Source: Betaproteobacteria bacterium
GTDB lineage: Bacteria; Pseudomonadota; Gammaproteobacteria; Burkholderiales; SG8-39
DNA length: 30,607 nt
Reading direction: 5' to 3'
NCBI GenBank assembly: GCA_016867955.1
Contig: VGIE01000001.1
Location: 1 to 30,607, forward strand
Part shown: positions 1 to 9,585 of the stretch, in pieces
Layout: each line of letters starts with the position of its first letter
Position numbering within the stretch: the first letter of the stretch is position 1
The notes under the pieces: generated by a model
The model's database searches: none
The model's input: only the letters and a program-made list of their open reading frames with translations
What the model was told of the DNA's origin: nothing
Translations under genes and position numbers: made by a program

Positions 1-246
1 GAAGAACTGGTTCCCGCTGGCGGCGCGAAGGCCCGGGCGATGGAACTGGCGATGCTCGCGGAAAAACAGGGCCCCTTGAGCGTTACTGCCTGCAAGAAAC
101 TCATCCAGGGCGCACGCAGCGCACCGCTGGACAGCCTGCTGGAGCCGGAGCGCGAAGCATTTGTGAAACTCTTCGGCACGCAGGATCAGCGGGAGGGCGT
201 CAACGCATTTCTGCACAAGCGCAAACCTCACTGGAAGAATGCGTGA
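1..246 (+). CDS. Enoyl-CoA hydratase/isomerase (crotonase) family, C-terminal part, 5'-truncated by the window edge
   Basis: Frame 1 is open from base 1 (EELVPAGGAKARAMELA...). The C-terminus E-R-E-A-F..LF.TQDQREGVNAFLHKRKPHWK is typical of crotonase-family ends. Confidence 0.85.
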   Translation, partial: EELVPAGGAKARAMELAMLAEKQGPLSVTACKKLIQGARSAPLDSLLEPEREAFVKLFGTQDQREGVNAFLHKRKPHWKNA

Positions 247-247
247 A

Positions 248-308
248 GGCAGGAGAACCGTTGTTCGACCGTTTCGGTCCGCCCTTGGGCATGATTCTTG
301 AATCTGCC
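248..308. repeat. Cluster of four back-to-back short inverted repeats closed by a fifth
   Basis: GAAC/GTTC (255-266), GACCG/CGGTC (267-279), GCCC/GGGC (281-290), GATTC/GAATC (293-304), flanked by GGCAG/CTGCC (248-252/304-308). Confidence 0.6.
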
Positions 309-313
309 GCCAG

Positions 314-1312
314 ATGATCTCTGCGGACAGGGCTGATCCTGCGGTTTCAAAGCGCCCTGTGGCATTGTTGCTGGGAGGCCGGGGCTTTATCGGTTCGCGT
401 CTCGCCCCGCAGATGATCGAGCGCGGTTACCGGATCGTGTGCGCGGAGCCGACCGCAACGACCTTGGGCCGATTGGAGCCCTACGGCGCGCATGTAACGC
501 TGGCCAACACATCAACGGCAGACCGGGAAGCGCTGGTTGATCTGTTGGCGCAGGTCAACCCTGCTTGCGTGTTCAACCTCGCCTACGCGCGGGGCGCGGA
601 CATCGCGACCGAGATGGACATCATGTGCCGCGGACTGTGGAACACCTTCGATGCCGCGCGACTGGCAGGATGCGGGCGTGTCGTCTTTGCGAGTTCGGTC
701 CGCGTGTACGGCGCCCAATCCGCGCACGGAGCGGAAACCCTGCTGAACGAGCGCTCCCCCTGTTACCCGCTGACGCGCTATGGCCACGCCAAGCTGCTCG
801 GAGAGCGTCTGGCGGTGGACTTCAATGCGACCCACGCGATGCACGTTGCTGCGCTTCGCGTGCCCATGGTGTACGGCCCGGGCGTTCGTGAAGGCGCGTT
901 TGGCGTCTGCGTCCCGGCGCTGGCAGCGGCATCGGGCACCCCGACCGTATTGCCCTACGATCCGGCTGCCAGGCTTTGCCTCGCACATGTAGACGACGTA
1001 GCGAAGGCCCTGGCGCAACTCGCCGATGCCCGCAATGCGCCGCCAAAACACGCGGTTTACGAATTGGGAGGGCATGCGCTTTCCTATGCAGGAATGGTCG
1101 GCATTGCCAGCACGATCAATCCAGACACGCGCGTGACCTTCGCGCCCCGCCCCGACGGACTGGAACACCAGTTCTCCTACCTGCTAGACGGGAGCAGATT
1201 GCGTGCGGAGTACGGGACGAGCCATCGTCCAGTCATCGACGGCTATCGGGAGATTGTCGATTACACTCGCACGCGTCGAGAAGACAATAGAACGCCGGGG
1301 AGATCGAAGTGA
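314..1312 (+). CDS. NAD-dependent epimerase/dehydratase (extended SDR)
   Basis: GGRGFIG Rossmann motif, VFASSVRVYG, catalytic YGHAK (YxxxK), ALRVPMVYGPG. The exact start is uncertain. Confidence 0.85.
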   Translation: MISADRADPAVSKRPVALLLGGRGFIGSRLAPQMIERGYRIVCAEPTATTLGRLEPYGAHVTLANTSTADREALVDLLAQVNPACVFNLAYARGADIATEMDIMCRGLWNTFDAARLAGCGRVVFASSVRVYGAQSAHGAETLLNERSPCYPLTRYGHAKLLGERLAVDFNATHAMHVAALRVPMVYGPGVREGAFGVCVPALAAASGTPTVLPYDPAARLCLAHVDDVAKALAQLADARNAPPKHAVYELGGHALSYAGMVGIASTINPDTRVTFAPRPDGLEHQFSYLLDGSRLRAEYGTSHRPVIDGYREIVDYTRTRREDNRTPGRSK

Positions 1313-2934
1313 TTCGCCATGTCATGGGGCACGACCTCGTCGCCGACACCCTCGGCGGCGTGCTGGACTGGGCGGTGGCAGAGCACCCGGACAGCGTGTT
1401 CGCGCTGTTCGACGACGAGCAATATACCTTGGGGCAGCTCGACGACATGGCACGCCGCATCGGCGCCGCGCTGCTGAAATCGGGAGTGAAGTCCGGTGAC
1501 CGGCTTGCCGCGCTGATGTACCCATCGCCGTGGCACCTTGCACTCGCATTTGCCTGCGCGCGGCACGGCGTGGTGTGGTGCCCGCTCAACGTGGCGCTGG
1601 GCATCGACGATCTGGCCTACACGCTGAACGACTTGCAGCCTGCGCTGGTGCTGCTCGACGATGACCTGCAGACGGTCCTCAACGAGGTGCGCTCAGGCGA
1701 TGCCAGGATGGCAGCGCTACCGCTTGTCATCTGCACGCCGACGGCCAGGGGCGACGCGCCGGCGTTCTCGGATGGCTGGGTCGGCGCCGAGCGAGCCGAA
1801 GGAAAGTGCGAAGCCGCGGCGAGCGACAGCCTCGCCATCATCTACAGCGGAGGCACCTCCGGCCGGCCCAAGGGCATCGAGGTCTCGCAGTTCTACGCCG
1901 TCTCCTCGGGACTGCGGCTCAACGAGTTGGCACGGTTCGGCAAGCGCGAAACGTTCTTCACCGTCATGCAGTTCTCCCACGCCTGGACGCCACTGACCAT
2001 CCTGCCGTGGTGCCTATTATATGACCATGTCTTCGCGTTCTGGCGCTGGTGGAGCGCCAGCCGATTCGTGGATGCCGCCATCCGCTACAACGCCAGCATC
2101 ACCGACGTGTATGCGGGGATGGCGGCGACGCTTTTCCTCGGAGACGCGGCAAAGGACACACGTTCCATCCCGGCGACCCGCTCCATTGCCGGCTGGGGTG
2201 GCGACGAGGAGATATCGAAGCGGATCCGGCGCCAGTTCCAGGAACGCTTCGGTGTCACCACGCTGCAGATGTATTCGCTGACCGAGGTGGGACCGCTCTC
2301 CTGCGTGGAGTGGGAGGGGGAGCCGCAGAAATTCGGTTCGTCCGGCAAGCCTCGCGGCTGGTACGACGTCATCGTCGCCGACAACGAGGGCATGCCACTG
2401 CCGGTCGGGGAGGTGGGCGAGATCCTCGTGAGGCCCAACTTCCCGAACATCCTCGCCAAAGGGTACGTCAATCGTGCCCCGCACACGCTGCACACCTGGC
2501 GCGACCTGTGGGTTCATACCGGCGACCTTGGCCGCTACGATGAGGACGGCTACCTGTGGTTCGTCGGACGCCAGGGACACTTCATCAAGCGGCGCGGGGA
2601 ACTGGTTTCGGTGAGCGAGGTCGAATCGATCCTCCTGGGCATTCCGGGAATCGATGAAGTGGCGGTCTATGGCGTTCCCTCCGAAATGAGCGAAGAGGAG
2701 ATCAAGGCCGTGATTGTCCTCAAGGCTGGCGCCCAGCTCACCGGACAAGCCGTCGTCGATCATTGCGCCGGGCGGCTCGCCTATTTCAAGGTTCCCACCT
2801 ATGTCCAATTCGTCGCAGAAATGCCGCGCAGTGCAACCAAGCAGGAAATCGAGCGCTTCAAGCTGAAGGCATTGCCCCTCGGTGAGCCGTTGCGGCCCAG
2901 CGGCGGGCGGCGGCCGCTCGGGTACTCGAAATGA
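1309..2934 (+). CDS. AMP-dependent acyl-CoA synthetase (CaiC-like ATP-dependent CoA ligase)
   Basis: YSGGTSGRPKG AMP-binding loop, YSLTE, HTGDLGRYDEDGYLWFVGR, and C-terminal PRSATKQEIER. GTGA overlap with the upstream stop. Confidence 0.9.
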   Translation: MIRHVMGHDLVADTLGGVLDWAVAEHPDSVFALFDDEQYTLGQLDDMARRIGAALLKSGVKSGDRLAALMYPSPWHLALAFACARHGVVWCPLNVALGIDDLAYTLNDLQPALVLLDDDLQTVLNEVRSGDARMAALPLVICTPTARGDAPAFSDGWVGAERAEGKCEAAASDSLAIIYSGGTSGRPKGIEVSQFYAVSSGLRLNELARFGKRETFFTVMQFSHAWTPLTILPWCLLYDHVFAFWRWWSASRFVDAAIRYNASITDVYAGMAATLFLGDAAKDTRSIPATRSIAGWGGDEEISKRIRRQFQERFGVTTLQMYSLTEVGPLSCVEWEGEPQKFGSSGKPRGWYDVIVADNEGMPLPVGEVGEILVRPNFPNILAKGYVNRAPHTLHTWRDLWVHTGDLGRYDEDGYLWFVGRQGHFIKRRGELVSVSEVESILLGIPGIDEVAVYGVPSEMSEEEIKAVIVLKAGAQLTGQAVVDHCAGRLAYFKVPTYVQFVAEMPRSATKQEIERFKLKALPLGEPLRPSGGRRPLGYSK

Positions 2935-3716
2935 GCAGTCGCCTGGCGGGGCGTATCGCGCTCGTGGTTGGCGGCGGCGCCGACGGCCCGGCTCGCCCGG
3001 GTGACGGCATTCCCATGGGAAATGGCCGGGCCATCGCCCTGCGACTTGCCAGCGAAGGCGCAATGGTGGCGGTCAGCGACCTGCACCTGGAGGCGGCGCA
3101 GACAACGGTAACGGCGATGGGTGGCGGGCTGGCGATCCAGGCTGATGCCGGCGATCCCGATGCCTGCATCGCGACCGTCCGGCAAGTGGAATCCAAATAC
3201 GGCCGCATTGACATCGTGGTCTGCAATGTCGGCATCAGCAAGCTGCAAACCATCCGGGTGCAGACGCTTGATGCTTGGCGGCAGGCCGTCGATGTCAATG
3301 TCACCAGCAACTGGGTCACCGCGCAGGCGGTGTTGCCCGGCATGCTCGAACGCGGGGGCGGCGTATTCGTTTTCGTGACTTCGCTCGCCGCCCTGGCTTC
3401 GTCAGGCAGTTCCATGGCCTACGAGGTCACAAAATCGGCGCAGCTGGGAATCACGCGACATATCGCCGTGCGTTACGCCGATCGCGGCATCCGCGCCAAT
3501 GCGCTGGCCCTGGGTGTGATCGACTCGACCATGGTTCGGAAACTGTATGGAGATTCCGCCGAGCGACATGCCGGCCGCGCGCGCATGTCGCCCATGGGCA
3601 GGGAGGGACGACCGGAGGAAGTTGCGGCAGCCGCGGCGTTTCTCGCTTCCGATGACGCAAGCTACATCACCGGGACAACGCTCATCGTCGATGGCGGTAT
3701 CACGGCCGCACTGTAG
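2931..3716 (+). CDS. Classical short-chain dehydrogenase/reductase
   Basis: Gly-rich N-terminus ending GNGRAIA, GRIDIVVCNVG, YEVTK (YxxxK), GIRANALALG, ASYITGTTLIVDGG. ATGA overlap with the ligase stop. Confidence 0.92.
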   Translation: MSSRLAGRIALVVGGGADGPARPGDGIPMGNGRAIALRLASEGAMVAVSDLHLEAAQTTVTAMGGGLAIQADAGDPDACIATVRQVESKYGRIDIVVCNVGISKLQTIRVQTLDAWRQAVDVNVTSNWVTAQAVLPGMLERGGGVFVFVTSLAALASSGSSMAYEVTKSAQLGITRHIAVRYADRGIRANALALGVIDSTMVRKLYGDSAERHAGRARMSPMGREGRPEEVAAAAAFLASDDASYITGTTLIVDGGITAAL

Positions 3717-3808
3717 GCCGCTTCTCCGCCAACCGGCGTGAAACCCGGATGCCGGATGCCCTCGATTCCCGCCTGCGCCGGGCTGATGTAACGTCCGCAC
3801 ATCCTCGA

Positions 3809-4768
3809 TCAAAGCGTCAGCACGCGCTCGGGCCTGCCGTCCATCCAGGCAACGATGTCGGCAACCGCGTCGCCGAAATAGGCCTTGTAGCTGGCCTCCG
3901 ACACGTAGCCCAGGTGCGGCGTGGCCAGCACGTTGTCGAGACGGCGCAAGGTATGGTCCGCGGGCAGGGGCTCGACGTCAAACACATCGAGCGCCGCGCC
4001 GGCAATACGCCTCTCGCGCAGCGCCGCAATCAACGCCGCTTCATCGACGATCGGGCCGCGCGCGGTGTTGACGAGCAGCGCGGTCGGCTTCATGCACCGC
4101 AACTGCGCATCGCCCAGCATGCCGCGCGTGCGCTTGCTCAGGATCTGGTGGATGGTCAGGATGTCGGATTCCGACAACAACCGGTCCAGCGTGCCGGCAT
4201 GCTCGACGCCGGCGGCAGTACATGCCTCCCTCGTGAGGTTCTGGCTCCAGGCCAGGACACGCATGCCGAAGGCGCGGCCGATGGCCGCGACCTGCGAGCC
4301 GAGCTTGCCCAGCCCCAAAACGCCGAGCGTCTTGCCCTGGATATCCATGCCAACGGTGGACTGCCACGGGCCGCCCGCGCGCAGGCTGGCATTCTCGAGT
4401 GCGATCCTGCGGGCAAACCCGAGAATGAGCGCCCAGGTCAGTTCCGCCGTGCCGGGGCCGAAGGAGCCGGTGCCGCAGACCAGGATGCCGAGTTCCCGAG
4501 TGGCCTTGAGGTCGATGGCGGCATTGCGCATGCCGGTGGTGACCAGGAGCTTAAGCTTCGGCAGTCGCGCCAGGAGCGTGCGGGGAAACGGCGTGCGCTC
4601 GCGCATGGCCACCACGATCTCGCAGTCACCAATTGCGGCGACGACAGCATCTTCCGAGCCCAGGCGGTCGTGATGAAAGCGCACGTCCACGCGGCCGGCC
4701 AGCGATTCCCAGTCGGCAAAACCGCGCGCCGCGCGCTGGTAGTCATCGAGCACCGCGCAATGCAGCAT
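3809..4768 (-). CDS. D-2-hydroxyacid dehydrogenase family protein
   Basis: GLGKLG dinucleotide fold, VNTARGPIVDE, AALDVFDVEPLP, LATPHLGYV. Start placed at ATG 4768 (MLHCAVLDDYQ); an in-frame GTG exists at 4783. Confidence 0.92.
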   Translation of the reverse strand: MLHCAVLDDYQRAARGFADWESLAGRVDVRFHHDRLGSEDAVVAAIGDCEIVVAMRERTPFPRTLLARLPKLKLLVTTGMRNAAIDLKATRELGILVCGTGSFGPGTAELTWALILGFARRIALENASLRAGGPWQSTVGMDIQGKTLGVLGLGKLGSQVAAIGRAFGMRVLAWSQNLTREACTAAGVEHAGTLDRLLSESDILTIHQILSKRTRGMLGDAQLRCMKPTALLVNTARGPIVDEAALIAALRERRIAGAALDVFDVEPLPADHTLRRLDNVLATPHLGYVSEASYKAYFGDAVADIVAWMDGRPERVLTL

Positions 4769-4809
4769 GCCCCCCCCTTGCACGAGTGTTTTCAGTTCTG
4801 CGCCGGATC

Positions 4810-4831
4810 GGCCGCCACGCGGAAGGCGGCC
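4810..4831. other. GC-rich stem-loop between thiC and the dehydrogenase
   Basis: GGCCGCC (4810-4816) / GGCGGCC (4825-4831), 8-nt loop. There is no U-tract on either strand, so it is not called an intrinsic terminator. Confidence 0.45.
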
Positions 4832-4883
4832 CGCCCGGGCTGGATTCGAGAGGACGAGCTGACGATCGTTCCTTCGGGCTCCG

Positions 4884-6970
<2,087 letters not shown>

Positions 6971-6974
6971 AAAC

Positions 6975-7003
6975 ACATTACTTCAATTGCAGGGGCGAGG
7001 CAA
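6975..7003 (-). promoter_or_regulatory. Sigma70-type promoter for the TPP riboswitch-thiC transcript
   Basis: Minus strand TTGCCT-N17-TAATGT; the predicted start site (~6969) coincides with the 5' end of the aptamer. Confidence 0.65.
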
Positions 7004-7228
7004 ACCGCGTCCGCCGGTGCTGACGTGGTGTAGTTCTTGAGAGTGATTCGCAAGCAAGCGGTCCCCGCGCGCGTGCCGACGCCAGGGCAGGCGCATGGTC
7101 TTCCCTTCGTTCATTGAGAGACGCCGGATGACCGAAGAACTTCTAGCCACGGCTCTAATTAACAGTAAGCACACGCTCACAATATCTGATCGACAAGCCA
7201 TCGACCGGAAGTTCATTTATCTGCCATA

Positions 7229-7250
7229 TTACTGAACCGCTGGTTATTAA
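7229..7250. promoter_or_regulatory. Candidate TetR autoregulatory operator
   Basis: Imperfect AT-rich inverted repeat TTACTGAACC-gct-GGTTATTAA, 6 nt upstream of the tetR ATG. TetR-family regulators usually bind such sites, but the symmetry here is weak. Confidence 0.3.
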
Positions 7251-7256
7251 GAAATC

Positions 7257-7931
7257 ATGCACACAGCCAAGAAACTTGCACCCCGCTGGGAACGCCGCAA
7301 GGAGGCGCGCCCGCACGAGTTCATCGCTGCGGCGCTCGACCTGTTCGTCGAACGCGGCTTTGCCGCCACCCGCCTCGAAGACGTCGCCGCACGGGCCGGC
7401 GTCTCGAAGGGAACCCTCTACCTCTACTTTGACAACAAGGAAGCGTTGTTCAAGGCGGTGGTGCAGGAGGGCATCCTGCCGGTAATCGAGGAAGGCGAGA
7501 CCCTGCTGCAGCAGTACCAGGGGCCGGCCGCCGAATTGCTGCGCATCGTCGTCTATCGCTGGTGGGAAACCGTGGGCGTATCGCAGCTCGCCGGTGTCAT
7601 CAAGCTGATGCTCTCGGAAGCGCAGAACTTTCCCGATGTCGCGCAATTCCACTACGACCAGGTCGTACTGCGCGGGAGGCGCATCTTCGCATTTGTCGTT
7701 GAACTGGGGATTCGCCAAGGCGAGTTCCGCGCGCTGCCGGTGGATCATTGCGTGCGGCTGCTGCTCGCACCGCTGCTGATGCTGGCCATCTGGCGCTATT
7801 CCCTGGGAGTGTGCGAGTCGGAGCCGATCGACGCCGACTCCTACCTCAGGACCTATCTCGACATGGCACTGCGCGGCCTCGCTCACGGAGGGGCGGCGGG
7901 CGGCCCGGCCGACCAGGGGAGTACGACATGA
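7257..7931 (+). CDS. TetR/AcrR family transcriptional regulator
   Basis: [43 protein letters not shown]; heads an efflux operon. Confidence 0.95.
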   Translation: MHTAKKLAPRWERRKEARPHEFIAAALDLFVERGFAATRLEDVAARAGVSKGTLYLYFDNKEALFKAVVQEGILPVIEEGETLLQQYQGPAAELLRIVVYRWWETVGVSQLAGVIKLMLSEAQNFPDVAQFHYDQVVLRGRRIFAFVVELGIRQGEFRALPVDHCVRLLLAPLLMLAIWRYSLGVCESEPIDADSYLRTYLDMALRGLAHGGAAGGPADQGSTT

Positions 7932-8380
7932 TCACCGACGCACTGCTAGCCTACCTGCACTTCACCGCAATCCTGATCCTCGCCTCGGCACTTGGCGCGG
8001 AAGCCCTGCTGCTGCGCGCGCAGGCGGGCGCAGCCACGATCCGTTCGCTGGCCCGCGCCGACATCCTCTATGGCATCTCTTCTGGCGTCGTCATCGCCAC
8101 CGGCCTGTTGCGCCTGTATTTCGGCATCAAGGGATCCGTCTTCTACACTGCCAACCCGGTGTTCTGGGCCAAGATGGCGCTGTTCGTCGTCGTGGGCCTG
8201 ATCTCGATTCCACCGACGCTGAAGTTCATCCGCTGGCGCCGCCGGCTGGCGGCCGATGCCGCCTTCCTGCCTGCGGCCGGCGAGCTTGCCGCCGTGCGGC
8301 GCATCGTTTTCATCGAACTGCATCTGCTCGCCCTTGTTCCACTTGCCGCCGTGTTCATGGCGCGCGGCCTGGGCATCTGA
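7928..8380 (+). CDS. DUF2214-like integral membrane protein (~150 aa)
   Basis: ATGA overlap with the tetR stop. [12 protein letters not shown]..., [32 protein letters not shown] and [13 protein letters not shown] match my recollection of DUF2214; about four hydrophobic segments. Confidence 0.75.
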   Translation: MITDALLAYLHFTAILILASALGAEALLLRAQAGAATIRSLARADILYGISSGVVIATGLLRLYFGIKGSVFYTANPVFWAKMALFVVVGLISIPPTLKFIRWRRRLAADAAFLPAAGELAAVRRIVFIELHLLALVPLAAVFMARGLGI

Positions 8381-8385
8381 AGTCC

Positions 8386-9585
8386 ATGACGGAGATCGCA
8401 ATGAAGGCCCCCGCTCGGAAAGCGCTGCATGTTTCCTGGCTTATCGCCGCTGCAACGCTCCTGCTTGCGTGCACGCAGGCCCAGGAATCCAAGCCCGTGG
8501 TGCGTGCCGTGCAGACGCAAGTCGTCGCCGCGACCAGCCTGCGGGAGGGTTCCGTCTACTCTGGCGAGATCCGCGCCCGCCACGAAACCGACCTGGGTTT
8601 TCGCGTGCCCGGCAAGATTGCCGCGCGCCTGGTGGATGTCGGCACCAGCGTGCGCAGGGGACAGGTGTTGGCGCGCCTGGATCCGGCCGACAACCAGACC
8701 AGCGCCGATGCCGCCCGCGCCGCCGTGTCGGGCGCGCGAACGGAGTACCAGTTTGCGCGCGCCGAGTTCGAGCGCTACCGCAGCCTCGCCGAAAAGAACT
8801 TCGTCAGCAGGACCGCACTCGATCAGCGGAAGGCGGCCCTGGATGTCGCCAGCGCCCGCCTGGAGCAGGCGGAGGCGCAGCAATCGCTGTCACGAAACCA
8901 GCTCGGCTATACCAGCCTGATCGCCGATCAGGATGGCGTCATCACGGCGGTCATGGGCGAAGCGGGGCAGGTCGTCGCCGCCGGGCAGACCGTCGTGCGG
9001 CTGGCGCGACACGGCGGAAAGGAGGTGCTGATCAGCATCCCCGAAACGCGGCTGGCTGTGACACGCGCGACAAAGGAAGTCATGGTGCGGCTGTGGGCAG
9101 ACCCGGCCCGCACCTACAAGGGCAGGCTGCGCGAGTTGTCGCCCATCGCCGATGCGGGCACGCGCACCTTCGCGGCGCGGATCTCTGTGCTCGATGCCGG
9201 CGCGGAAGTTGCGCTGGGCATGACGGCCAACGTGCTGTTTCCGGTCCATGCGAAGACAGGCGCAGGCGGGCGCGAGACCATCCTGCTGCCGCTGACCGCG
9301 CTGTATCGCCATGCAGGACAGTCGGCGCAGGGCGGCCAGGCCAACCAGGCTGACAACGCATCGGTGTGGGTGGTTGATCCCAAGACCGGCCAGGTAGCGC
9401 TGAAGCCGGTCACGGTGGCGCAGTATCGCGAGAACGGCGTGGAAATCGCCGCCGGGCTCGCCATCGGCGAGACCGTGGTGACCGCGGGCGTCAACAAGCT
9501 GGTCGCGGGCCAGGTGGTGCGGCCCCTGACGCCACACTCATCGTCCGTCCCCACCCCCGCTCAATCGGCAGCGGCACAGCGCTGA
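8386..9585 (+). CDS. RND efflux periplasmic adaptor (membrane fusion protein)
   Basis: Lipobox-like LLLAC; GEIRARHETDLGFRVPGKIAARLVDVG..V..GQVLARLD biotinyl-like domain; TSLIADQDGVIT; ELSPIADAGTRTF. Confidence 0.95.
   Translation: MTEIAMKAPARKALHVSWLIAAATLLLACTQAQESKPVVRAVQTQVVAATSLREGSVYSGEIRARHETDLGFRVPGKIAARLVDVGTSVRRGQVLARLDPADNQTSADAARAAVSGARTEYQFARAEFERYRSLAEKNFVSRTALDQRKAALDVASARLEQAEAQQSLSRNQLGYTSLIADQDGVITAVMGEAGQVVAAGQTVVRLARHGGKEVLISIPETRLAVTRATKEVMVRLWADPARTYKGRLRELSPIADAGTRTFAARISVLDAGAEVALGMTANVLFPVHAKTGAGGRETILLPLTALYRHAGQSAQGGQANQADNASVWVVDPKTGQVALKPVTVAQYRENGVEIAAGLAIGETVVTAGVNKLVAGQVVRPLTPHSSSVPTPAQSAAAQR

Noticed and set aside
3745-3765. CCGGATG tandem duplication in the convergent gap, REP-like
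   Set aside because: Only two 7-nt copies, no matching palindromic partner, and no further copies noticed in the window.
7037-7155. Resemblance to a glycine riboswitch (two CTCTCAA and a CGAAGG on the minus strand) or c-di-GMP-I (GGCAAAC at 6999)
   Set aside because: The conserved CUCUCAGG and GGAGAG, and GACGCAAAGC, elements are missing or misordered; no suitable downstream gene.
7185-7214. GAACTT on the minus strand as an ECF/sigmaE -35
   Set aside because: No TCnnA-type -10 at 16-17 nt spacing.
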